Source: a virus. Taken from it: a stretch of DNA of 64,000 nucleotides. This document shows positions 27,836 through 36,573 of this stretch, one piece after another. Numbering within the stretch: position 1 is the first letter of the stretch; each line of letters opens with the position of its first letter. The notes under the pieces are model-generated. The model did not search any database and was not told where the DNA came from. It worked only from the letters and a program-made list of their open reading frames with translations. The DNA lies in IMG/VR virus record IMGVR_UViG_3300028388_003280, positions 54,197 through 118,196 of that record. One strand, 5' to 3'. Made by a program: the position numbers and the translations under genes.

Positions 27836-28271
27836 TCCTAGTCTGCCTCCGATCATCGGCTGGCGCGCTAAGTGGCACAGGGCATTGGACTTGATTGAGG
27901 CGGCACAGCGTATCTATGCCGAGCATCCATATCACCTCAACGAGCTCGCATTCCTGATCCGCAACGTCCTCTATGACATCACAAACACCAATGATTTCAG
28001 TCAGGGTGTGAGCTACTCCGCACAAGAGCTCAAGGCTTCTGAGCGAGTCCGCGACCACGTTCTCGGTCGTACCTACGCTGCACGACGCATCCTCATGGGA
28101 CCATTTAGTGCTGCTGAGCTCGACGGCCGGAGCATGCGCGGATGGATCGAAGACGCGATCTACGACTATTGCTACACACGAGACGTGACCAAAGAAGAGC
28201 ACGCGAGCATCACTGCTCGAGGCAACTCGGCTGATGCATACTACGACGTACCGGGACCATGGAATGCCTAA
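27801..28271 (+). CDS. Hypothetical protein (possible HNH-like DH...H motif)
   Basis: VRDHVLGR...VTKEEH; start uncertain. Confidence 0.5.
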   Translation: MFGPAEWVPPRDPSLPPIIGWRAKWHRALDLIEAAQRIYAEHPYHLNELAFLIRNVLYDITNTNDFSQGVSYSAQELKASERVRDHVLGRTYAARRILMGPFSAAELDGRSMRGWIEDAIYDYCYTRDVTKEEHASITARGNSADAYYDVPGPWNA

Positions 28272-28425
28272 TCTGCTCCCATCATCGTGTCCTGAGTGTG
28301 GGCATGCACCTACACCATGGCGCATACAGTCATCAAAGACCGTGCACTCAACCGTTTTCAAACCAGTAATGGCAACATGCAACAAGTGTGGTCACACAAT
28401 ACCCCTCGATGGAGGCATAAGATGA
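28264..28425 (+). CDS. Zinc-ribbon miniprotein
   Basis: CPECG...CNKCGH. Confidence 0.55.
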   Translation: MPNLLPSSCPECGHAPTPWRIQSSKTVHSTVFKPVMATCNKCGHTIPLDGGIR

Positions 28426-28754
28426 AAGACTCAATGTACGAACGTCTCAAGGACATCATCAACTACAACCAGAGCGAGCAGGAGAATATTTCATTCTTCT
28501 TTTGGGCTGATAATCGTGCCGCAGACGAGCCAAAGCCTGCTCCGCTCTGTATGTTCCACTGGATGTCCGACAGTGCACTCGCTTCCATCAAGGACCACAT
28601 CCTCGAGATTGAACGAGCTCGTGCCATGCATCGTGATGGATACGAACCAATCAAGACGCCTAAGTTCAAGTCTGTCTGCCGCTCTGGTGATCTGATGGAC
28701 GGTAGTGTTGAGCTAGTACCTACGATCGATAAGACTCGGAGTTGGAGGATCTGA
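28422..28754 (+). CDS. Hypothetical protein
   Basis: GGAGG RBS, coupled. Confidence 0.6.
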   Translation: MKDSMYERLKDIINYNQSEQENISFFFWADNRAADEPKPAPLCMFHWMSDSALASIKDHILEIERARAMHRDGYEPIKTPKFKSVCRSGDLMDGSVELVPTIDKTRSWRI

Positions 28755-29077
28755 CCATGACCGTTCTATTCTGGCTTTTCACCGGACTCGTTCTAGTGTG
28801 GATTGTAGCCACTATCGTTGACACCCATCAGAACAGGCCAGCTGCTCTCATCAAGAAGGAGAAACAGCTCAAGGACGCTGAGAAAAGACGGATGGTAGCG
28901 GAGCTCGAGCATTCAGCCGAGCGACAGTCCGCACTCAATTATATCAGCTATTTGTGCCAGATGTTCAACAACCCTCATGTGGATCAAGAGACTATGTTGG
29001 TCCAATGGACGCCCGAAGGTTGTAAGCAAATTGGTGCAGAGCTCTATGAAGCATACAAGAAACTAGGGGGCAAGTGA
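28742..29077 (+). CDS. Membrane-anchored coiled-coil protein
   Basis: N-terminal TM; true start may be a later ATG after GGAGG. Confidence 0.6.
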   Translation: MEDLTMTVLFWLFTGLVLVWIVATIVDTHQNRPAALIKKEKQLKDAEKRRMVAELEHSAERQSALNYISYLCQMFNNPHVDQETMLVQWTPEGCKQIGAELYEAYKKLGGK

Positions 29078-29289
29078 TGAGCGAAAACTTCATCAACGTC
29101 CACATGGGATACTACAACCAGAATGGCGACAAGATCGAGTTCCAATACTCGACAGATCGCGGCTTCTTCATCGTCATCGACGACGTAGAGCATGAGCTAG
29201 GCACACTAGACGATGTATCCGATTGTGCACTCATCCTACACCAGTTCAGAGATTCAGTCCGTCTCCTCGAAAGCGGGGCGAGGTCATGA
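29074..29289 (+). CDS. Hypothetical protein
   Basis: Coupled. Confidence 0.6.
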   Translation: MMSENFINVHMGYYNQNGDKIEFQYSTDRGFFIVIDDVEHELGTLDDVSDCALILHQFRDSVRLLESGARS

Positions 29290-29564
29290 ACAGATTCATC
29301 GTCCTCACACCAGACGAAGACTTCCACTTCAACCTATCGGCTGAAGAAAGACTACACTCTGACCTCATAGTACAGAACATGGGCAACGGCACCTTCCAGG
29401 TGCTCAAGAGCAGACGTAGACCTCCAGGTCAAATCATCGTTGAACTCGAGCTAGAAGACGAGATCTGGTGGCTGCTGACTAACGAGCCTCGCACACCTGC
29501 TTCCAAATCAGAGTACAAGAGACTCAAGGCGCAGGGATACAAGAACCTACGAGAACCGGAGTAG
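29286..29564 (+). CDS. Hypothetical protein
   Basis: ATGA-coupled. Confidence 0.6.
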   Translation: MNRFIVLTPDEDFHFNLSAEERLHSDLIVQNMGNGTFQVLKSRRRPPGQIIVELELEDEIWWLLTNEPRTPASKSEYKRLKAQGYKNLREPE

Positions 29565-29566
29565 CC

Positions 29567-29851
29567 ATGTTTTCCAAAGACCAAGACTTCCAGAAACTAG
29601 CATCAGAGATCCAGGACTGCAGCCTAAAGGATGCCAACACAGGCCGCCTACACAATCTTATCATGATGACACTCCAGAAGGCCTATCAGATGGGTATGCA
29701 CGATGAGAGAGAAAGACTCCGCCGTTGCCTAGACCCCAAAGCTACGATCCTAGACGAGGGACAGACATACAGATCTGGATACGAAGCAGGCAAGCTAGCC
29801 GAACAGAACCGTTTCAGAGACCTAGGCAAGAAGGACCCGTATAGACCATGA
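29567..29851 (+). CDS. Hypothetical protein
   Basis: AYQMG / GYEAG repeats. Confidence 0.6.
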   Translation: MFSKDQDFQKLASEIQDCSLKDANTGRLHNLIMMTLQKAYQMGMHDERERLRRCLDPKATILDEGQTYRSGYEAGKLAEQNRFRDLGKKDPYRP

Positions 29852-30063
29852 ATGCGCAATCGAACCGGTGGACATGGAACAGCCAGTACGTCCGTGACCT
29901 CGCAGAAGAGCTTCGCTACTCAGCAGTCCATGACGGCTTCGAAGAGAGCCTAGACAAGATCATTGGAACATTGCTATATGCATATTCACGCGGACAGCTC
30001 GATCCGATTCGAACCGTCGACCGGAGCCATGAAATCAGTTTCAATGACGAGCCCGAGGTCTAG
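29848..30063 (+). CDS. Hypothetical protein
   Basis: ATGA-coupled. Confidence 0.55.
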   Translation: MNAQSNRWTWNSQYVRDLAEELRYSAVHDGFEESLDKIIGTLLYAYSRGQLDPIRTVDRSHEISFNDEPEV

Positions 30064-30066
30064 ACC

Positions 30067-30243
30067 ATGAGTGCACACCAGTACGAATACAAGGTCATCC
30101 AGGTAGACAAGCTCAGTCGTTTATCAGACATGGATAGGCTCGAGAACCTGCTCAACCAATACTGGACCATAGACCGAACCGATTCAGCAAACGACACCGT
30201 CGTCTTCGTTCTCAAACGACGCATACCAACCTCACTAGAGTAG
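30067..30243 (+). CDS. DUF4177-like small protein (58 aa, not in ORF track)
   Basis: YEYKVI...LENLLNQYW...FVLKR. Confidence 0.55.
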   Translation: MSAHQYEYKVIQVDKLSRLSDMDRLENLLNQYWTIDRTDSANDTVVFVLKRRIPTSLE

Positions 30244-30258
30244 GAGACTAGATAGATC

Positions 30259-30471
30259 ATGACGAGCTCTATCCCATCCAACTGTCCATCCTGCAATCAA
30301 CCATACACTCTCCATTTCCAAACCACCAGAGAACCATCATGGATACTAGATAGCAGAGGTAGCAGAGTAGGTAAGATCCTCCATTCCCAATACAGATGCA
30401 CAGAGTGCGGACACTACACAGTCACATCTCAACGCATCTCCAATTCACCACAGAATAGACATACGAGCTAG
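30259..30471 (+). CDS. Zinc-ribbon protein
   Basis: CPSC...CTECGH; AGGAG RBS. Confidence 0.55.
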   Translation: MTSSIPSNCPSCNQPYTLHFQTTREPSWILDSRGSRVGKILHSQYRCTECGHYTVTSQRISNSPQNRHTS

Positions 30472-30497
30472 GGTACACTGTCTAGGGGATAAGGTAT

Positions 30498-30532
30498 AGG
30501 GGAGTCTGCAGTACGTAGGCTCCCCTCTCTTA
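30498..30532 (+). terminator. Hairpin/terminator at end of + strand early island
   Basis: AGGGGAGTCTGC-AGTAC-GTAGGCTCCCCT then CTCTTA. Confidence 0.55.
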
Positions 30533-30639
30533 TGCTAAGTTATTGAAAACGCAGGCCGGTTAGGTGTGATTGCACGGCCATATCAAAGTGATATCACATT
30601 GGTATCTGTGCGTGAGGTGGAATAGGATGGGTCTGGTGT

Positions 30640-30693
30640 GGATGAATCTGAGTCTTAGGGGGTGAGTCATAAAAGGCGCCCCCAGACTCATCC
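30640..30693. terminator. Long imperfect hairpin between convergent genes
   Basis: GGATG/CATCC, AGTCT/AGACT, GGGGGTG/CGCCCCC pairings. Confidence 0.4.
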
Positions 30694-30729
30694 AGAGGCG
30701 CCCTAGTGGCATTTCAGTGTGTGGGTGGC

Positions 30730-30948
30730 TCAGCTCATCGGCACGCTCGTGACGGCGTCGAGGACGTACTGGTGATACACCACATGCTCGCAGGCGTCAC
30801 ACGTGTACACGAGCGTGAGCGTCTTCGCACCGATCCACTCCGTGTCGTCGTAGTCGAGCATGCGCTCACACATGGGACACTCCACAGGAGCAGGACCGGG
30901 CTTGTTCGTGCTGTTACGCTGGACCGGATGGTCGTGGATGACGCTCAT
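30730..30948 (-). CDS. Zinc-ribbon protein
   Basis: CPMC...CDAC; ATGA-coupled on - strand. Confidence 0.6.
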   Translation of the reverse strand: MSVIHDHPVQRNSTNKPGPAPVECPMCERMLDYDDTEWIGAKTLTLVYTCDACEHVVYHQYVLDAVTSVPMS

Positions 30949-31145
30949 CGGATCACCTCCAGATACTTGCCTTCGACCCACTGGTCGTACGAGAGCACAC
31001 CGTCACCACTATCACACGGCTCGTCGAGCTCTACCAGATAGCCGAGGCTGGTGTCTTTGGAAATGTGAGTGATCTCGCCACGGTCAACACCGTAGCCAGG
31101 CACTCGGATCTCGACACGATCGCCGACCTTGAACTGCTTGCTCAT
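30945..31145 (-). CDS. Small SH3/KOW-like protein
   Basis: FKVGDRVEI...GEI...GYLVELD. Confidence 0.6.
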   Translation of the reverse strand: MSKQFKVGDRVEIRVPGYGVDRGEITHISKDTSLGYLVELDEPCDSGDGVLSYDQWVEGKYLEVIR

Positions 31146-31411
31146 GATCCACTGACCTCCTCGCCCGTTTGGGCGTAGTGCTGAATGGACTCCCACTCTT
31201 CGTTGAAAACAGCGAGAGCACGGTTGTAGTCGGTGCCGTAGAACAGCTCCGGATGCAGCTTAGCACGCGGAACGCCATGCGGACGGAACACGACACGGTA
31301 GTGACCGTTGCTGTATTCCTTCAGCACGAGACGGCCGTAGCCCTCTGCATCACCGATCACCAGCAAGAAGCCGGACGAGCCGGTCGTGCTGTGCGTCAGC
31401 GTAGTCTTCAT
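31142..31411 (-). CDS. Hypothetical early protein
   Basis: AGGAGG RBS, first gene after - strand promoter. Confidence 0.65.
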   Translation of the reverse strand: MKTTLTHSTTGSSGFLLVIGDAEGYGRLVLKEYSNGHYRVVFRPHGVPRAKLHPELFYGTDYNRALAVFNEEWESIQHYAQTGEEVSGS

Positions 31412-31437
31412 AATCTAGCCTCCTATCAACTACTCTG

Positions 31438-31466
31438 ATTCTACCATACGGGCCGCGCCCTGTACA
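31438..31466 (-). promoter_or_regulatory. Early-class promoter (- strand)
   Basis: Reverse complement TGTACA-N17-TAGAAT with TGG. Confidence 0.68.
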
Positions 31467-32129
31467 CAACTTCCAGAGTGGGGAAACCAAACTGCCAATC
31501 GTCCTAAACTGAATAACCACAACGGCTTAGATCCTATGCTGGATCCAAGTCCCAGAGCTACGAAACCAGTTTGAAGGCACCACATGCAGTGCCTCTAAAC
31601 TGCCATAGAATGCAACCTAGAGCGGCTTGACCCGGACCACTCGAGCTCCGGAGCACCTGCTCGAGAGGCGCCGGAGGGTAAGCCATTGGAACCAAACAGC
31701 TTAAGTGCTGTAGGGGGGCTTACGGACTTTGGTCCCTGACCATCCCCGGTCGAGCTCAAGAGTTTCATACCATATGCAGTAGAGCAGCACGAGCTCGAGG
31801 CACCACCCACTGTATCACTCGACTGGTCCCGGCCGGGCTCGATCGAGGGACCCGGCAAGGACGCTGCAAACCGTTTATTCCCAACACCTTACACTCAGAC
31901 CAGAACCAGCCAGTACGGTACCATCCACCAGGGGATCCCAGGTCCCAGACCGGTAGATGCAAACTTTAGTGCTCAGCTCGAGAGCTCGCATACAACCTGC
32001 TGCGCTATAGGGGGGACCGTGCACGGCGGGCTGTATGTGATCGAAGCTCGGCACGGCGGGGGCTCGAAACAACAATGAAAATTGGCATGAATCCTGAAAG
32101 CCGCTTAGCCCGTAAAAAATTCGGAGGGG

Positions 32130-32182
32130 CCCCCGAACATGGTGGAGCGCTTCATCTACACACCGATTCCCCCGAACATGGT
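32130..32182 (+). repeat. 14-bp direct repeat CCCCCGAACATGGT x2
   Basis: Copies at 32130-32143 and 32169-32182. Confidence 0.8.
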
Positions 32183-32284
32183 TGGGAGTATATGCCCGAA
32201 ACGGAATATAACCTTTTTTGGCTATAATCGCTCATTATAGGCTCTAAAGGCTATATCACACGATTGTGCAAGAGATCCACCACG

Positions 32285-32359
32285 AATCACGCCGTTTGGC
32301 ACGGAACCTGATATTGCACGAGTTCACACAATCACGCCGTTTTTGGCACACTACTTGCA
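32285..32359 (+). promoter_or_regulatory. Repeated AATCACGCCGTTT(TT)GGCAC; second copy is a consensus sigma-54 -24/-12 box
   Basis: TGGCAC-ACTAC-TTGCA at 32344-32359; TGGCAC-GGAAC-CTGAT at 32297-32312. Confidence 0.5.
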
Positions 32360-32413
32360 GGAGGGGGTCCCCTCGCTGCACGAAATTTTTTTCGGCTATT
32401 TCTTCAGTTTCGG

Positions 32414-32442
32414 TGTACTCGTCCCGCGTAGGCTGGTATGAT
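32414..32442 (+). promoter_or_regulatory. Early-class promoter
   Basis: TGTACT-N17-TATGAT, CTGG; T-rich upstream. Confidence 0.72.
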
Positions 32443-32470
32443 CTATACAGTTCAGACAGGGAGGTGAGAC

Positions 32471-32749
32471 ATGACGAGCAAGATGAGCCCCAGCCAGCGC
32501 GGGATCGCCAACACGATTCAGAAGACGCTGGACAAGTATGTGGGCTACGAGACCACGGTGCACAGCGCCGACGGTTCCGATTTCCGCACGGGCGAGCTGC
32601 GCGAGTTGCTGCACGAGCGTGAGAACGGCTTGAAGCTCTTCTATGTCCGCGACGAAAGCAATCCGAATCAGGCGGCCGTGTTCACGGCGCACAACGTGTC
32701 ACATGTCGGCGCGCACGGTGAGAACATCTATCTCTGCGAGGTGGAGTGA
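32471..32749 (+). CDS. Hypothetical early protein
   Basis: GGAGGTGA RBS. Confidence 0.7.
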   Translation: MTSKMSPSQRGIANTIQKTLDKYVGYETTVHSADGSDFRTGELRELLHERENGLKLFYVRDESNPNQAAVFTAHNVSHVGAHGENIYLCEVE

Positions 32750-32750
32750 T

Positions 32751-33029
32751 ATGAAGACGACCCAGTTTCCGCGCGACGAGAAGCGCGTGCACATGACGGA
32801 TCTGCGCGATGGTCGCGAGTTCACCATCGTTCTCGCGATGGAGCAGCAGCCGACGATGCAGTGGGTTGAGTACATCGCGCTCACGGAGCACGATTGCCCT
32901 CGCGGTTCATGGCGCGCCACGACGCGTCACTATCGCGACGGTGTGGAGCAGCACCCGTACGAGCTCATCGCCTTCAACGACGAGTGTGCGAAGCGCGGCG
33001 TGAAGCCGTGGCCGGTTCCGACCGTGTGA
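32751..33029 (+). CDS. Hypothetical early protein
   Basis: GGAG RBS. Confidence 0.65.
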   Translation: MKTTQFPRDEKRVHMTDLRDGREFTIVLAMEQQPTMQWVEYIALTEHDCPRGSWRATTRHYRDGVEQHPYELIAFNDECAKRGVKPWPVPTV

Positions 33030-33087
33030 CAGAGCTGCCCCTCGCGTATGCGAGGGGTGAGGCCCAGCTCTAACGAAAGGCAGATCA

Positions 33088-33402
33088 ATGGATCTGAAGG
33101 TGCGCAACAACGGCTACAAGGTTGACTTGTATGTTCCGTACGAAGAGTACTATCCCTACTGCAGTATGGTCGATGACGGCGATGCTACGGCTGCAGAGAT
33201 GCAGACGGCCGCGGATCACATCACGGCCACCATCATCAAGGCTGCCGCGAGTGGCGATCGCTTCCGCGACAGCTACGACCGCATCACGAAAGTTCTGTAC
33301 AGCTACGGTCGGCTCGGTTTTGCCGACAGTGAGGGCTGTGCTGTGGTGGACGACATCTGCCGCATGATTTGGGGCAACGAAGCGAAGGAGTGGATCGGAT
33401 GA
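33088..33402 (+). CDS. Hypothetical early protein
   Basis: AAGG RBS; coupled to next gene. Confidence 0.65.
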   Translation: MDLKVRNNGYKVDLYVPYEEYYPYCSMVDDGDATAAEMQTAADHITATIIKAAASGDRFRDSYDRITKVLYSYGRLGFADSEGCAVVDDICRMIWGNEAKEWIG

Positions 33403-33614
33403 GGTACGTCGGTGGAACGACGCGGTATGTGAACGAGCATGCCCGCACGAGAGTCATCACGAACTTTCTGTTGGAGTCGATGGACGATGGCCTACTTGCG
33501 CCTCGCGACTTGGCGGAGATGGCGTTGCAGTACATGAGCGAAGACGAGGTTGCGGACATGGCCCGTAGCAACGATCTTCTCGTGGATCTGGAGGAATACG
33601 ATGAGGGACTTTGA
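33399..33614 (+). CDS. Conserved small phage protein (LQYMSEDEVADM motif)
   Basis: LLESMDDG...ALQYMSEDEVADMARSNDL. Confidence 0.65.
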   Translation: MRYVGGTTRYVNEHARTRVITNFLLESMDDGLLAPRDLAEMALQYMSEDEVADMARSNDLLVDLEEYDEGL

Positions 33615-33897
33615 TACGCGTTTCGGTGGCAGCCCGTCTGCCGCACTCAACAAGCACGCGGACGATTGCGCTCGTGAGGCGTTCGGCCGCACGAAGGGCG
33701 ATGCCCACCGTGGTGGCACGTGCATCAAGTGCAACGAGAGCGTGCGTGCGGACTTCAATCTGATCGGTGGATCCGGCCAGCTGCGTCCGGGCGACATCTA
33801 CTCGCCCGAGGGGCTGAAGGAATACGGTATCAGCGGGCTCTGCGAGTACTGCTGGGACAATCTGTTCGCAGACGACGAGGAGGACGACAATGAGTGA
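33601..33897 (+). CDS. Zn-binding small protein
   Basis: CIKC...EYGISGLCEYCWDNLF. Confidence 0.65.
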   Translation: MRDFDTRFGGSPSAALNKHADDCAREAFGRTKGDAHRGGTCIKCNESVRADFNLIGGSGQLRPGDIYSPEGLKEYGISGLCEYCWDNLFADDEEDDNE

Positions 33898-34453
33898 TCG
33901 CCTGTATTGGACGCCCACGCGGTGCCGCAAGGTCACGGAAGCGTGGCAGAAAGAAGTGAATGGCATTCAGCCGGAGGTGGTCATCCAGTGGATCTGCCGC
34001 GAGACCGGCATGAAGCATGTCTCGTCGCCTCGCCAGTTGACGAACGCCACGCTGATGTTCTACGACGAGGAGTTCGGCGAGTTCTACGCGCTCTACCTGC
34101 ACAGCGGCTACGTCCGCCGCGCGATTGGCGCATGGTACGGTTCGCATCGCATCGATGTGGATTGGAGCGTCGACAAGTTCAAGGTTCAGTGGTACCAGCT
34201 GAACAAGAAGAAGACGGACCTGAAGTGTCACGAGTGGACCACTCCTAGTGGCGAGAAGCGTGAGAGCTGGTGGCGCAGCGTGAAGCGCATCCGCATGCCC
34301 TACAACGCTCACGACATGGCTCAGACCATCGTTCGTGCACACAAGATTCGCCACCATCGCAACTACGTGAACGAGCGGGGCTTCGTCTGGCCGCTTTCTC
34401 GCGACCAGTGGGGCACCGATCCGGCTAAGGAACGCAGGGAGTTGAGCATCTGA
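33890..34453 (+). CDS. Hypothetical basic protein
   Basis: GAGGAGG RBS; SGYVRR...YQLN. Confidence 0.65.
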   Translation: MSDRLYWTPTRCRKVTEAWQKEVNGIQPEVVIQWICRETGMKHVSSPRQLTNATLMFYDEEFGEFYALYLHSGYVRRAIGAWYGSHRIDVDWSVDKFKVQWYQLNKKKTDLKCHEWTTPSGEKRESWWRSVKRIRMPYNAHDMAQTIVRAHKIRHHRNYVNERGFVWPLSRDQWGTDPAKERRELSI

Positions 34454-34722
34454 TGGCTAAGGACTATACGATCACGACCGAACACATCACTCGCATCTGG
34501 CTTGAGGAGTCCGGCGAATGCTGGGAAGTGAAGCCGGATGACGACCATGGCGATCTCGTGCAGATCAACTATTTCAGTCAGGGCACCGCGGTACAGTCGC
34601 CAGACTCGACGTTCGTGCTGATGCCCGAAGTTGCAGAGCATTTGTGGTGTGTCCTGCGCGATGCTGCCATCCAGGCGCGGGCCGTGCAGCGACAGATGGA
34701 AGGGGAGAGCAAGAATGGCTAA
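34453..34722 (+). CDS. Hypothetical protein
   Basis: TGATG coupling. Confidence 0.6.
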   Translation: MAKDYTITTEHITRIWLEESGECWEVKPDDDHGDLVQINYFSQGTAVQSPDSTFVLMPEVAEHLWCVLRDAAIQARAVQRQMEGESKNG

Positions 34723-34939
34723 GAAGGTCAAGACTCGCGCCAAGAAGGCGCCTGCAACCCGTCGCCTCGCAATCCACGCCATGTGCAAGGAGTGCCTGTA
34801 TGATCCGGAGCAGCCCGGTGGGTGGCGAGGGCAGATTGAGGCATGCACTGCAACCCAGTGCCCCCTCTACAACTTCCGTCCGATGAGAATCGCGAGCGAG
34901 AAGGCTCGTGCAGCCTCCAACAAGAAGGCGAAGAAGTGA
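34715..34939 (+). CDS. Cys-rich small basic protein
   Basis: AIHAMCKEC...C..TQCPLYNFRP. Confidence 0.65.
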   Translation: MAKKVKTRAKKAPATRRLAIHAMCKECLYDPEQPGGWRGQIEACTATQCPLYNFRPMRIASEKARAASNKKAKK

Positions 34940-35106
34940 GCAAGGTTTGGATCCTGTACGGCGTCACGTATGATAGAGTTGAGCGCACGCTTGGCGTCTA
35001 CGCATCACACGATGCCGTGATGAAAGCTATGGCCGAGTGTGAAGAAGAGCTCGGCGGCGACACCTTTGTCGAGTTCTACTGGGTCGATGAGGAGGTTTTG
35101 ACATGA
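34936..35106 (+). CDS. Small early protein, DUF7336-like
   Basis: KVWIL...LGVYASHDA. Confidence 0.6.
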   Translation: MSKVWILYGVTYDRVERTLGVYASHDAVMKAMAECEEELGGDTFVEFYWVDEEVLT

Positions 35107-35267
35107 CCGTCTACGCGCTGATCGGAACTTGGTTCTACGAGGGCGACACTGTGATCGCCCTCTACGCAACAAGGGATGCAGCTGAGGCTGCTAAGAAACG
35201 TGAGGTTGAGGGTGCGATCCACCCGTACGACCAGTATCGCATCGATGCCATGGAGGTCCAGTCATGA
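35103..35267 (+). CDS. Small early protein, DUF7336-like (54 aa, not in ORF track)
   Basis: MTVYALIG..FYEG..VIALYATRDAAE...YRIDAMEV; ATGA overlaps at both ends. Confidence 0.65.
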   Translation: MTVYALIGTWFYEGDTVIALYATRDAAEAAKKREVEGAIHPYDQYRIDAMEVQS

Positions 35268-35530
35268 TGATTATCGCTCACGAGGTCCGCGCCTGTGGTC
35301 GTGATACGGCGAACCAGACGTTCGTCTACACATTCTGGGCTGACGACGGCACCATCCTCCAGGAGATTGAGGGGGACATCCTCTTGATCGGCGACATCAA
35401 CAAGGGCATGTGTGGCGTTGGTACGATCACCACACCGCCCAACACCAACATGTATTGCGACGCCATCGACGACTATTGGGCTGACATCGACGGCGAAGTC
35501 AACCGTGCACGGGAGGATTACAGGGTATGA
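35264..35530 (+). CDS. Hypothetical protein
   Basis: Coupled, GGAGG RBS. Confidence 0.6.
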   Translation: MMIIAHEVRACGRDTANQTFVYTFWADDGTILQEIEGDILLIGDINKGMCGVGTITTPPNTNMYCDAIDDYWADIDGEVNRAREDYRV

Positions 35531-35751
35531 ACACCCCGAGCTTCAACTTGACCTTCCTCGAGCTCGCTGCAATCCTTGAAGAAGAGCGGATCGAGGAAGG
35601 CCAGCGCATCTACAAGGCGATCAAAGAAAAGGCAAACTTCCGTGGGTGGCACACATGGGACATTCCGTCGCGTGAGCCGTACATCGACATCAACGAGTCT
35701 GTGCTCAAAGAAATCTGTGGCATCGAGGAGGATGAAGACACCGATGAGTAA
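35527..35751 (+). CDS. Hypothetical acidic protein
   Basis: Coupled. Confidence 0.6.
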   Translation: MNTPSFNLTFLELAAILEEERIEEGQRIYKAIKEKANFRGWHTWDIPSREPYIDINESVLKEICGIEEDEDTDE

Positions 35752-36061
35752 GCGGATCACCAAGAAGCAGCTCGAGACGATGGAGAAGTTCTTACGCAGG
35801 CGGCCCCGCAACGCAACGGACCTTATCAAGGAGACAGGCGGAGAGTATCTGCCAATCCTGCGGAAGCTGAACGAGACTACGCCCGTGCTCGCAACACAGA
35901 TCTTTGACAACGGCACGAGATTCATGTATTGGGTGGCGCCCAAGCGTATGGGTAAGAATTGGCGTCGCACTTACGGCCGCCTGCAGGTGCCGCATGACTA
36001 CGACCTAACCATCGCAGACTTCAGCCCAACGGGCCGCACAAACACTTCGCCTTTCGCGTAA
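35744..36061 (+). CDS. Hypothetical basic (wHTH-like?) protein
   Basis: Operon position. Confidence 0.55.
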   Translation: MSKRITKKQLETMEKFLRRRPRNATDLIKETGGEYLPILRKLNETTPVLATQIFDNGTRFMYWVAPKRMGKNWRRTYGRLQVPHDYDLTIADFSPTGRTNTSPFA

Positions 36062-36063
36062 GG

Positions 36064-36092
36064 TGTGCAACCGCAACGGTTTAGGGTAGGAT
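36064..36092 (+). promoter_or_regulatory. Early-class promoter, probably leaderless transcript
   Basis: TGTGCA-N17-TAGGAT; ATG at 36099, 6 nt after -10. Confidence 0.6.
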
Positions 36093-36098
36093 TGATCC

Positions 36099-36299
36099 AT
36101 GACGTTGAGCAACAAGAACCCCGTTCCGAAATCTTGGTTGGCTATAGAGCCCACCAATGAATCGTATTCAGTCGTGCGCTGCTACCCGGATTCCGTCCGT
36201 GTTGAGCCAGTCCGCGACAAGTTCAGAACGATGGAGGCCGCTGCGGCTTTCATTTCCAAGCAGACTACGGCCTTCGGCCACAACGCAGAGGTTGATTGA
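36099..36299 (+). CDS. Hypothetical protein
   Basis: Directly after promoter. Confidence 0.55.
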   Translation: MTLSNKNPVPKSWLAIEPTNESYSVVRCYPDSVRVEPVRDKFRTMEAAAAFISKQTTAFGHNAEVD

Positions 36300-36573
36300 T
36301 GAACAAGCCCCAGTGGAAGCACGGAACCTACGAGGACGCCAACGGCACCAGCCTGCAGGGCTACCTCAACATCTCGTACGATGAGCTCAAGGCTGCGTTC
36401 GGCGAGCCTGAGTCGGGCGATGGTTACAAAGTGGATGCCGAATGGATCTTCTTGGTTGCAGATGGTATCACTGACACGCCGTCCGGTTTGGAGCCGGTGA
36501 CGATCTACAACTGGAAGAATGGTCCAAGGTTCTCGGACTTGAGAACGCAGAAAGTGTAGGGTGGCCGACATGA
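36296..36573 (+). pseudogene. Conserved phage protein (GTSLQG...DGYKVDAEW...TIYNWK) with apparent frameshift near 36525
   Basis: Annotated frame stops at 36559; alternate frame KVLGLENAESVGWPT* ends in ATGA overlap with next gene. Confidence 0.5.

Larger units (their letters stand above)
31467..32413. other. ~950-bp divergent non-coding region (candidate genome end/origin/control region)
   Basis: No convincing ORF; short direct and inverted repeats; flanked by divergent early promoters. Confidence 0.6.

Noticed and set aside
32130-32359. Mini CRISPR array
   Set aside because: Only two copies each of 13-18-bp repeats; too short, and no cas genes
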